64,000 bases of DNA, taken from an uncultured Planctomycetaceae bacterium (GTDB lineage Bacteria > Planctomycetota > Planctomycetia > Planctomycetales > Planctomycetaceae). This document shows, in pieces, positions 55,661 to 64,000 of the stretch. The notes under the pieces are model-generated. The model was not told the origin of the DNA, did no database searches, and saw only the letters and a program-made list of their open reading frames with translations. Where the stretch lies: the NCBI GenBank assembly GCA_963815195.1, contig CAWFGE010000012.1:672001-736000 (forward strand), written 5' to 3'. Made by a program: the position numbers and the translations under genes. Position 1 is the stretch's first letter; each line of letters starts with the position of its first letter.

Positions 55661-57526
55661 ATGAAAACCCATCTTCAAAAAACGAAGGCATCGCGCCGGG
55701 GCACGTTGTTGCCGATGGTGCTGGTGGTGATCGTGTTGTTGACGCTGGGGGCGTATGCGTTTACCGAGCAAATGCGGACCGAACTGGAATCGACGGTCAT
55801 GTACGCCCGCGAGGTGCAGGCCCGGGCGATCGCGGACTCCGGCGTGGAACTCACGCTGGAAATGCTGGCCCAGCGGGCGGCGGTGGGCGAAGAGAACCTG
55901 TATCACGATCCGGCGGTGTTCCAGCAGACGCTCTTGGCTTCGGCCAACCTGCGGGGCAACGCCCGCTTCAGCGTGGTCGCTCCCATCGAAAGCAATCCCT
56001 CCGCCACGATGCCTCGCTTTGGATTGATGAACGAATCGGGCAAGATCAACATCAACGAATTGGTCAACCTCAGCCTGGAAGAGGACGAGGTCCGCAACAT
56101 CCTCACCGGCGGCCCCGAACTCTTGATTATGCCGATGGAAATGGCGGATTTGATTCTGGATTTCATCGACGCCGAGAACCCCGCCCAGCAGCGGCAGTTC
56201 GGCGCGGAAGCCGAGACCAACAAAAACGCCCCGCTGGAATCGCTGGACGAGCTGCTTTCGATCGAAGGCGTCACGCGGGAGATGCTCTACGGCGAAGATG
56301 CGAACCAGAACGGCCTGCTCGATCCGGGGGAAGACCTCAACGGCGACGGCGTGTTCCAGCCGGGTTGGGTCGCGTTTCTCACAGTGTACAGCGTCGAATC
56401 CAATTTGCGGGCCGACGGCACCGCGAAGATCAACGTCAATCAACAGCTGCTCACCGATCTTTACGACGCGGTCGAGGCGGAGTTCGATCAGGACATGGCC
56501 ACCTTCGTCGTCGCCATGCGGCTGAACGGCCCCGTGGCCACCACCACCGGCAGCACGAGCGGAACCGGAACCGGTTCCACGGGTTCGACCGGCGGCTCGA
56601 GTGGTTCGACCGGCGGGTCCTCGCCGTCCGGCGGCGGGAGTTCCTCGGGCGGCGGGAGTTCCTCGGGTGGAGGGTCGTCGCCGTCCGGCGGGTCCTCGCC
56701 ATCCGGCGGGTCCTCGCCATCGGGCAGTTCCTCCCGGCAATCCAGCGGCAGTTCGACCCCGTCGTCCGGCGGGAGTTCCTCGGGCGGGAGTTCCGGCCGA
56801 TCGTCCGCCAGCGGCAGTTCCTCGGGCGGCGGGTCGAGTTCTTCCAGCCAATTGAGCCAGACGGCCACGCAAGCGGTCAGCAACCTCGCGCAGGCCGCGA
56901 GCGGCGGGACGGGCGGGGCGGTCACGCGGGGCGGTTTGGACCTTTCGGGCGCAGCGTCTTACACCTTCACGTCGATTTACGATTTGATCGGCTCGCAGGT
57001 GCAAGTCCAAATGAGCGGGCAGACGCAGACGACGACCTTGGACAGCCCCTGGACCGACAGTGCCGCCGACATGCAGCAGTATCTGCCCCAGCTCATGGAT
57101 ACATTTTCGCTTTCGGACGACCCCACGATTCTCGGGCGGGTCAATATCAACGAGGCCCGCTACGAAACGCTCGTGGGACTGCCCGGCATGGATGGGACCA
57201 TGGTCAATGCCATCATCAGCCAGCAAATGATCGACGCGGGCGGCCAGCCCGTGACCGACTTGATCTCCCAGCGGAGCACGACCGGTTGGCTGGTCGCGAA
57301 CGGGCTGGTGGATTTGACCGCCATGCGGGAACTCGATCAGTTCGTCACGGCCCGAGGCGATGTGTTCCGGGCGCAGGTCATCGGCCATTTCGACGCCGGG
57401 GGCCCGTTGTGCCGATTGGAAGCCGTGATCGACGCCACCACGCAACCGCCGAAATTGATCGAGCTCAGAGACCTGACCGATTTGGGCCGGGGTTTTTCGC
57501 CCGCCCAGTTGCTCCAGCAGCAGTAG
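55661..57526 (+). CDS. gspK: GspK-like pseudopilin with a long Ser/Gly insert
   Basis: RRG|TLLPMVLVV, ADSGVE, NESGKININ, ILDFID, KNAPLESLDELL and RVNINEA. Confidence 0.85.
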   Translation: MKTHLQKTKASRRGTLLPMVLVVIVLLTLGAYAFTEQMRTELESTVMYAREVQARAIADSGVELTLEMLAQRAAVGEENLYHDPAVFQQTLLASANLRGNARFSVVAPIESNPSATMPRFGLMNESGKININELVNLSLEEDEVRNILTGGPELLIMPMEMADLILDFIDAENPAQQRQFGAEAETNKNAPLESLDELLSIEGVTREMLYGEDANQNGLLDPGEDLNGDGVFQPGWVAFLTVYSVESNLRADGTAKINVNQQLLTDLYDAVEAEFDQDMATFVVAMRLNGPVATTTGSTSGTGTGSTGSTGGSSGSTGGSSPSGGGSSSGGGSSSGGGSSPSGGSSPSGGSSPSGSSSRQSSGSSTPSSGGSSSGGSSGRSSASGSSSGGGSSSSSQLSQTATQAVSNLAQAASGGTGGAVTRGGLDLSGAASYTFTSIYDLIGSQVQVQMSGQTQTTTLDSPWTDSAADMQQYLPQLMDTFSLSDDPTILGRVNINEARYETLVGLPGMDGTMVNAIISQQMIDAGGQPVTDLISQRSTTGWLVANGLVDLTAMRELDQFVTARGDVFRAQVIGHFDAGGPLCRLEAVIDATTQPPKLIELRDLTDLGRGFSPAQLLQQQ

Positions 57527-57603
57527 TCGTTCCATAAGATGTGACCTGAGAAGTTCTGTGCTCGGCACAGAGCGTGTCTGTTTGAGGAAAGCCGAAACCG
57601 ACG

Positions 57604-59107
57604 ATGCCTGAGTATCTTGCTTTGGATTGGGAAGCCCACCAACTGAGCGGCCTGGAAGCCTCCGCGTCCCGCCAGGGGATCACCGTCCGGAAGGCCTTCG
57701 TGCTCAACTGGCCGGAGCATCTCGATCTGGACAAAGACCGCGAAGAAGCCACGCGCTGGCTGAAGCAGCAACTGGCTGAGCAGGGGGTGTCCGCGCGGAG
57801 CGTGCTGTTGTCGCTGCCGCGGGAAAGCGTGGTCGTCCGCCGGCTGACCGTGCCCGGCGTCCCCGATGAAGAGCTTCCGGCGCTCGTGCACATGCAGGCT
57901 GCGACCAAGTCGGCCACGCCTCTCGACCAGTTGGAGCTGGACTTTCTGCCGCAGCCGGGGACTTCGTCCGAAGGCGGGCGGGAGGTGTTGATGTGCACCA
58001 TGCCCCGCAAGCGGACGGCGAAGTTGCAAGCGATTTTGGCGGGGGCGGGTCTGGAGCTCGAATCGGTGGGCTTAAGCGCGGTGGCGGCGGCGGAGTGCAT
58101 CGCCCGCGAGGAAAAGAGCCGGGGCCATTCGCCCGACGGCACCTCGCTGATCATCGCCCGGCACGGCCAGCGGGTGGAGATCACGATTCTTCAAGCGCAG
58201 CATGTGATCTTCACGCACTCCGCGCAGATCCACAGCGAAGATGGTTCCGGCGGCGATGAATCGATGATCGTCGCCGAGGTCCAGCGGTCGATGATGTCGC
58301 TGCACACGCAATCGGGCCGGCTCGCGATTGACCGGGCCTGGCTGGTGGGCGAGGACGGCGAAGTGGCGGAACTCGCCGCCGCAATCGAGAAACGTTTGAA
58401 GTGCGAAACCCAAGTCTTCCGTCCGGACCGTTCGGCCGGGATGACAAATCACGCGGGGGATTGGCCGGCTCCCGTCGCCGCGTTTGCCGGCCCGGTGGGG
58501 GCTTTGGAGTCCTGCGCGGACGGGATCGTCGGGAAGATCGATTTTCGGAAACCCCCGCAAGCAGCGTCCCCGCCGCGATATGGAAAAGATCCGCAAATGG
58601 GCGATCATCTCGACGGTGGCCGTGCTCTTCATCGGGGCGATGGGCTACCGCTGGTGGAAGGTGAGCGATTTGAAAAGCGAGATCGCGGCCGCCCAGTCGC
58701 AAACCGCGGAATTGCAACGGCTCGTCAAGAGCGGCAAGCCGGTGATGGAGTCCGCGGGCTTTGTCGGCGAATGGGAGCAGAAAGCCACCAAGGAAATGGG
58801 CCAGGTCGGCCAGTTGTATTCCGCGCTGCCCGGCACGAAGTTGATCTACCTTGTGGAATACAAACTCTCCCCGGGTTCGCGAACGTCGGTCGGCCAGATT
58901 TACGCCGTGGGCCGGGCCAAAGCCGAAACCGACGTGCGCGAGCTGTTCAGCCAGCTTGCCGAGCGCGGGATCAAAGTTAAACCCTCGAAGACGCAGCAGT
59001 CCCCGGACTCGGACTACCCCGTGCAGTTCACCTTGGATCTGGAACTGCCCCTCCCCGTGCCGGCAAAGCCGGGAACCGCCTCCCCGCAATTGGCCGGCCG
59101 GAGTTAA
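57604..59107 (+). CDS. PilM/GspL-like actin-fold domain fused to a TM helix and a PilN-like domain; frameshift in a C-run near 58553
   Basis: YLALDW, LPRESVVVRRLTVP and IDF, then the alternate frame gives RKQRPRR and a TM helix (WAIISTVAVLFIGAMGY). Confidence 0.75.
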
Positions 59108-59220
59108 AGGTCGAGAAGTTGTTATTCATCAGCCGCTGGGCGCTCGCCCACGGTTTGGTATTTCGCAGAGAAACCGGACGCTAGCGCGTTCCGGCTGATT
59201 TCGAAGATTTGGATCGATCG

Positions 59221-60972
59221 ATGCAAACGCGTGAAAAACAATTGGGTCTGGGTTTCGCCGGCGTCTTGGGCGTCCTGGTCGTGTGGAACGTTTTGAAGCC
59301 TTGGTACTTCGGTCCGATCGAACAGCAGCAAGCAGAGCTGGCACGGGTGAAAGGCGACTTGAGCGCGGCTGAAACTCAGCAAATGCAGTTGCTCCAGGCC
59401 ACGCGGCGGTTGGCGGATTGGAAAGCGCGGAGCCTGCCGCCCGACCCCAAGCGGCCGGGCCGCCAGCGCCCGGACGCTCTCAATGGGCAACGGCTTTATC
59501 AGGAATGGCTTACCGATTTGGCCCGTCATTGCGGATTCATCCAAACGGAAGTCACGCCCGGCCTGACGCGGTCGTTTCAGGATGTGTACGTCACGGCCCA
59601 GGTGCGGATCAAAGCCCAGGCGAAATACGGCCAGATTTGCGATTTCTTGGCCTTATTCGAGCAGACGGAACTCTTGCAACGCATCGAAAGCTGCCACATC
59701 ACGTGCAACGCTCACCGCGGCGATCCGGACATGGAAGTGAACCTGGTGGCCGAGGGCGTGGCCTTGATCGACGCCCCGCAGCGGGACCTGCTGTTCCCGC
59801 AGACCGTGCTCGCGTCGTCCATCGCCGCCGACGGGGGCAAGCTGACGGTGAAAGACGCGGAGGGCTTTCCCGAAGGCGGGCGGTTTATCGTTCGCATCGG
59901 CAAAGAACGCCTCGCCGTCTCGTACGCCAAAGGCACGGCCTGGACGGTCACGCGGGCGAAAAACGAAACCAAACCCGCGCCGCACGCCGCCGGGACGAAA
60001 GTCGATTTGGGATTGTTCAACCCCCTCGCCACGGATGAGCCGTCCCGAGACCGGCATCCGAAATTCGCGATGATCTCCCAGCAAAACCCGTTCACGATTC
60101 CGCCGCCCAAGATCGACGTGCCCCCGGCCTTGAACGTTGCCGGGGAACAATACGTCTACCTGGGAAGTCCGCTCCAATTCGAGGCGAACGCGACCGGCGT
60201 GAACGCGGCCCACGGCGCGCCGAAGTTCGAACTCCAAGGATCCGTGCCCGCCGGCATGAAGATCGAACCCTCCGGCGGCAATCCCCTAATCGGCGTGGTG
60301 ACCTGGCAGCCGGCGGATGAGAAACTGCTCGGCGAGCATCCCGTGACCATTCAGATGACCCGCGGCGATTTCGCCCGGCCGATCACGAAACAGGTCGTGG
60401 TGATCGTCGAGAAAGAGAATTTTTCGCCGAGCCTCGCGAACGTTGACGCCCAAGTCGTTTACAGCGGCCAGCCGCTGGCGTTCACGGCGAAGGCCGCCGA
60501 TGCCAACGAAGACCAGCATCTGACCTATTCGCTGGGAGCCGGGGCCCCGGCCGACGCCGTGATCGATCCCGCCACCGGGCAATTCACCTGGACGCCGCCG
60601 GGACCGGTCACCGAGCAATCGTTCGACGTGGAAATCCTCGCGACCGATGACGGCCGGCCTCCGAAGGCGGCTTCCCTGAAAGTGCCGGTCACGGTCAAAA
60701 CCGACGTGGCCATGTTCACGAGGTTCGTCGGGGCAGTGGCCGACACCGCCGCGAGCGAGGCCTGGCTGTTCGACCGCTGGAACAAACGTGACTTGTATGT
60801 GAAAGTGGGCGAAACGCTCCAGGTCGCCGACATCTCGGCTCAACTGATGAAGATCGACGGGGATGTCGTGTACTTCCGCCGGGACGGGCAAACCTGGCGC
60901 TTGGAACTGGGGCAGGACCTGCGAAATATGAAGCCCGTCGCCGAACCCTCGAAAACGGCGAGAGCGAATTAA
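59221..60972 (+). CDS. PilO/GspM-like protein fused to cadherin/Ig-like repeats and a GspC/PilP-like C-terminus
   Basis: N-terminal TM and coiled coil, KAQAKYGQICDFL, YSLGAGAPADAVIDPATGQFTWTP and RFVGAV...EAWLFDR...LYVKVGETL. Confidence 0.7.
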   Translation: MQTREKQLGLGFAGVLGVLVVWNVLKPWYFGPIEQQQAELARVKGDLSAAETQQMQLLQATRRLADWKARSLPPDPKRPGRQRPDALNGQRLYQEWLTDLARHCGFIQTEVTPGLTRSFQDVYVTAQVRIKAQAKYGQICDFLALFEQTELLQRIESCHITCNAHRGDPDMEVNLVAEGVALIDAPQRDLLFPQTVLASSIAADGGKLTVKDAEGFPEGGRFIVRIGKERLAVSYAKGTAWTVTRAKNETKPAPHAAGTKVDLGLFNPLATDEPSRDRHPKFAMISQQNPFTIPPPKIDVPPALNVAGEQYVYLGSPLQFEANATGVNAAHGAPKFELQGSVPAGMKIEPSGGNPLIGVVTWQPADEKLLGEHPVTIQMTRGDFARPITKQVVVIVEKENFSPSLANVDAQVVYSGQPLAFTAKAADANEDQHLTYSLGAGAPADAVIDPATGQFTWTPPGPVTEQSFDVEILATDDGRPPKAASLKVPVTVKTDVAMFTRFVGAVADTAASEAWLFDRWNKRDLYVKVGETLQVADISAQLMKIDGDVVYFRRDGQTWRLELGQDLRNMKPVAEPSKTARAN

Positions 60973-61111
60973 CCCATTGCTGCCGCATGAGCCGCAGCAC
61001 GCTCGCCCCGGTTCATTGGAACAACCGAATGTGAGCCGCATTCCGGCTGATGTGATTCATTAGCCGCGGGGCGCTCGCCCCGGTTCGCGGCTACCTTCTG
61101 CTATCGCTGTT

Positions 61112-62424
61112 TTACTTCTCCACGAACTTGAGCAGGCTTTGGCCTTCGGCGGGCATTGAACTGAGGGCTTTTTGCAACTGGGCTTTCGCGGCTCGGGCTT
61201 TGGCGTCCAGGTCTTTGAGCGGGCTCTGTTCGAGGACATCGTGTTCCACGTCGTAGAATCGGCCGTCGCCATAAAGTTTATAGCGAACGTCGCGGGCAAA
61301 CCGTTGGGGCGGAGTGCGTTCTGGACGCGGACAATAGAAGCAAAACGTCCATTCGCGGGGATGGCCGGGTTCGCCTTTCAGTTGCGGGAGGAAGCTCCGG
61401 CCATCCAAACCAGCGGGCAGTTTCGCCCCGGCGGTTTCGAGCACGGTGGGCAGAAAATCGCTGGCCTCGATGAGATTCTCGTTGACCTTTCCCGCCGGTA
61501 CGACGCCGGGCCAATAGGCGACGAGCGGTTCGCGAGTGCCGGCGTCGGTCGTCTTGCCTTTGCCGCCTTGAATCGTCCGCCCATTGAGCTCGGAGGTGAT
61601 CGCCTTGTTGGTGCCGTTGTCGCCGGTGAAGAGGATCAGCGTATTCTTGGCGATGCCCAAGTCCTCCGTCTTCTGCACAATCCGGCCCACGAGTTTGTCC
61701 ATGTAGGCGACCATGTCCTCGAAGTTCTTCTGTTTGTCTTTGCTCTTCTTGGATTCGCTGTCCGGGGTCGGCTCAAACGGATTGTGCACGAGGATCATCG
61801 GGTAGTACACGAACAGCGGTTTGTCGTCCGCGTGGTGGGCGTCCAGAAAATCGGTGATGGACTTGGCGCAGATGTCGGGACCATAATCGCTGTCGGCAAA
61901 CTGGCGGTTTTCGCCATTGATATTTAAGAGCGGGCCCCAGTACCGAGAACCGAGCTTATCGACCTGCCAGAGACAGAACTCATGAAAGCCGGCGTCCCGC
62001 GGCCAGGTGCCTTTCTTGCGGAACCGCTTCCCGTATTGTTCCGCGCCAGAAGCTGCCACTTCCCGGCGACGAACGTGCGATAGCCCGCGGCCCGCATGTG
62101 ATGCCCGATCGTCCGCTGGTCGGGATTGAGGACCGAGAACGCCGAGTAGTTCCGCACGTTGGACAGCCCCGTCATCAGCTTGACCCGCGTGGGCGTGCAC
62201 AACGGCTGCGAATAGCAGTGCGTAAACCGCATCCCTTCCCGCGCGAGGCGGTCGAGGTTCGGCGTTTGATACTGCCGGCTGCCGTAGCATCCGAAGCATT
62301 CGTAACCCACATCGTCGGCCATGATCAGAATCACGTTCGGGCGTTCCGCGGCGTGGAGACTGATTGCCTGAGCCGCCAGAAAGAGTCCCGCCAGCCATTG
62401 CCAAAACTGAGAAACGGATTGCAT
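61112..62424 (-). CDS. Secreted sulfatase (Cys-type); frameshift near 62046
   Basis: RPNVILIMADDVG, CTPTRVKLMTG and AGKWQL, continuing in a second frame with YYPMILVHNP and FTGDNG. Confidence 0.9.
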
Positions 62425-62859
62425 CGAATTTGCCTTTCAAACGGGGGAAAGTTGTAAGTGATTGACGGGCCGGAGTTTTCGAGGCGCTTCCTGCGGAAAT
62501 TCCTGTGGGGAGCCCTCTTATTAGAACGGTTCTCCGCTTCGTTCGGGGCCTATCTCCGGAAATGTTCCGGGGTTAGAACGTTGCGTTTGAACAACATATT
62601 GACCTCGCTTGATTCTGGCCTAGGATTACAGTGGTGAATGAAGCGAGATCACAGGATATTGTCACGTATTCTATTTTTAATATGTTGCTCATTCACGCTC
62701 AAATGCGGATGTTTCGCCGAATTGTGGGACCAAATTCGGTATCTGTTCTATGGCAAGCCTTTTCCTGCACTCCAAACCACAATTCTGATTTGACGCGATG
62801 CCGATTGGCATTGTGATTTGGCGCCATCCGTTTCTTTTTCAAAGAAGGGGAGAACACAC

Positions 62860-64000
62860 ATGGTGGCCACCGCTCGGAATGCGCACTCCCACCCGCTAAA
62901 TCCGGACCTGCCCCGGTTACCCGGATATCCCGCAGGAGTGCCCCGCAGTTTGGAATATCCAACCATTCCCGCATGGGGACTTTTGGAAAAAACGGCCCGC
63001 GATTTTCCCGAACGGATCGCCTGTCACGCTTGCGATCGCTCCTTGTCTTATGCCGACATCTGGCAGGATGCCACGAAGATCGCGGCGATCCTTCAGGCCG
63101 ACGGAATCCTGCCCGGCGACCGCGTGGGACTTCTGCTCCCCAATATGCCCGAATATCTCACCGCGCTCAATGGTATCTGGCTCGCCGGCGGCGTGGCGGT
63201 GGCGATCAGTCCGCTCCTCGTGGAAGAGGAAGTGGAGAAACTCCTGGCCGCGACCAAGTGCAAACTGGTCATCAGCCTGGACCTGCTCGCCCCGGCTCTT
63301 TTGGGTAACGACTTCGATCCGCACAAAACGCTGTTGGTGACGCTCCGCGATCAACTGCCGGTCTGGCAGCGCTGGGGCTATTCGCTGACGGGCATCCGCC
63401 GCACCGGGCGCTGGTGGCTCACTCCCAACAGCGGCCTCCGCTGGCTGCACAACGAATTGGAACAATTGGAACAACGCGACGGCGACTTCACGCCCGTCGC
63501 AATCGAATCGCCCGAGAAGCCGGCTTACATCCTGCCCACGGGCGGAACGACCGGGCATCCCAAAGCCGTGACCTTGAGCCATCGAAACCTCGTGTCCAAC
63601 GCCTGGCAGCAATACCATTGGACGACCCGGCCGCGCGGGGAAGACACCTTCATGGCGGTGCTGCCGTTCTTTCATAGCTACGGGCTTTCCGCGACGCTGA
63701 TGTCCGGCGTGACGATGGCGGCCACGCTCGTGATGCACCACCGCTTCCATTTGCGGACGGTGCTGCGGTTGATCGAAAAAAATCGCCCCACGGTGTTTCA
63801 CGCCGTGCCCGCGATGCTCTCGGCGATGAACGAACGCCTCAAAACCAAGCCGGCGGATTTGGAATCGATCCGCTGGGTGATTTCGGGCGGGGCCCCGCTG
63901 CCTCCCGAAGTCGCCACCGAATTTGCCGAACACTGCGGAGGCGCGGTGGTCGTCGAAGGTTACGGCCTGTCCGAAGCCAGTCCCGTCACACACGTCGGGC
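62860..64000 (+). CDS. Long-chain fatty acid-CoA ligase (AMP-binding enzyme), 3' end outside the window
   Basis: Translated by hand because it is absent from the ORF track: YPAGVPRSLEYP, PGDRVGLLLPN, TGGTTGHPKAV, LPFFHSYG, SGGAPLP, EGYGLSEASPV. Confidence 0.92.
   Translation, partial: MVATARNAHSHPLNPDLPRLPGYPAGVPRSLEYPTIPAWGLLEKTARDFPERIACHACDRSLSYADIWQDATKIAAILQADGILPGDRVGLLLPNMPEYLTALNGIWLAGGVAVAISPLLVEEEVEKLLAATKCKLVISLDLLAPALLGNDFDPHKTLLVTLRDQLPVWQRWGYSLTGIRRTGRWWLTPNSGLRWLHNELEQLEQRDGDFTPVAIESPEKPAYILPTGGTTGHPKAVTLSHRNLVSNAWQQYHWTTRPRGEDTFMAVLPFFHSYGLSATLMSGVTMAATLVMHHRFHLRTVLRLIEKNRPTVFHAVPAMLSAMNERLKTKPADLESIRWVISGGAPLPPEVATEFAEHCGGAVVVEGYGLSEASPVTHVG

Overview
GC-rich chromosomal DNA from a planctomycete, inferred from a LEPR-XLL-type leader, a DUF1501 plus PSD1/PSD2-cytochrome c pair, three sulfatases with a formylglycine-generating enzyme, and a planctomycete-style type II secretion (T2SS) cluster. 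The window holds about 45 genes. They include housekeeping genes (dcd, nth, recO, csrA, tex, truD, bamD-like, lptE-like, a P-type ATPase, an aminotransferase and a partial acyl-CoA ligase) and a ~2,070-aa beta-helix/FG-GAP surface protein. The most unusual locus is the T2SS-like cluster at 44183-60972. Its GspD-like protein has N0 plus about seven N domains, a Spy-like region, an ExbD-like insert and an FG/RGG tail, but no secretin barrel. The cluster also has a PilM-PilN fusion, a PilO-Ig-Ig-GspC/PilP-like fusion, and a divergent exported RGG/EF-hand protein. The intergenic spaces are crowded with small non-autonomous repeats: REP-like palindromes, MITE-like elements bounded by terminal inverted repeats (TIRs) that carry or interrupt REPs, and inverted 7- and 9-mer 'bookends'. 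A 38-40 bp sequence is shared upstream of two sulfatase genes. Eight apparent frameshifts in seven genes look like sequencing or assembly indels. I saw no rRNA, tRNA, CRISPR array or transposase. All family calls come from motif recognition by eye, with no database searches.
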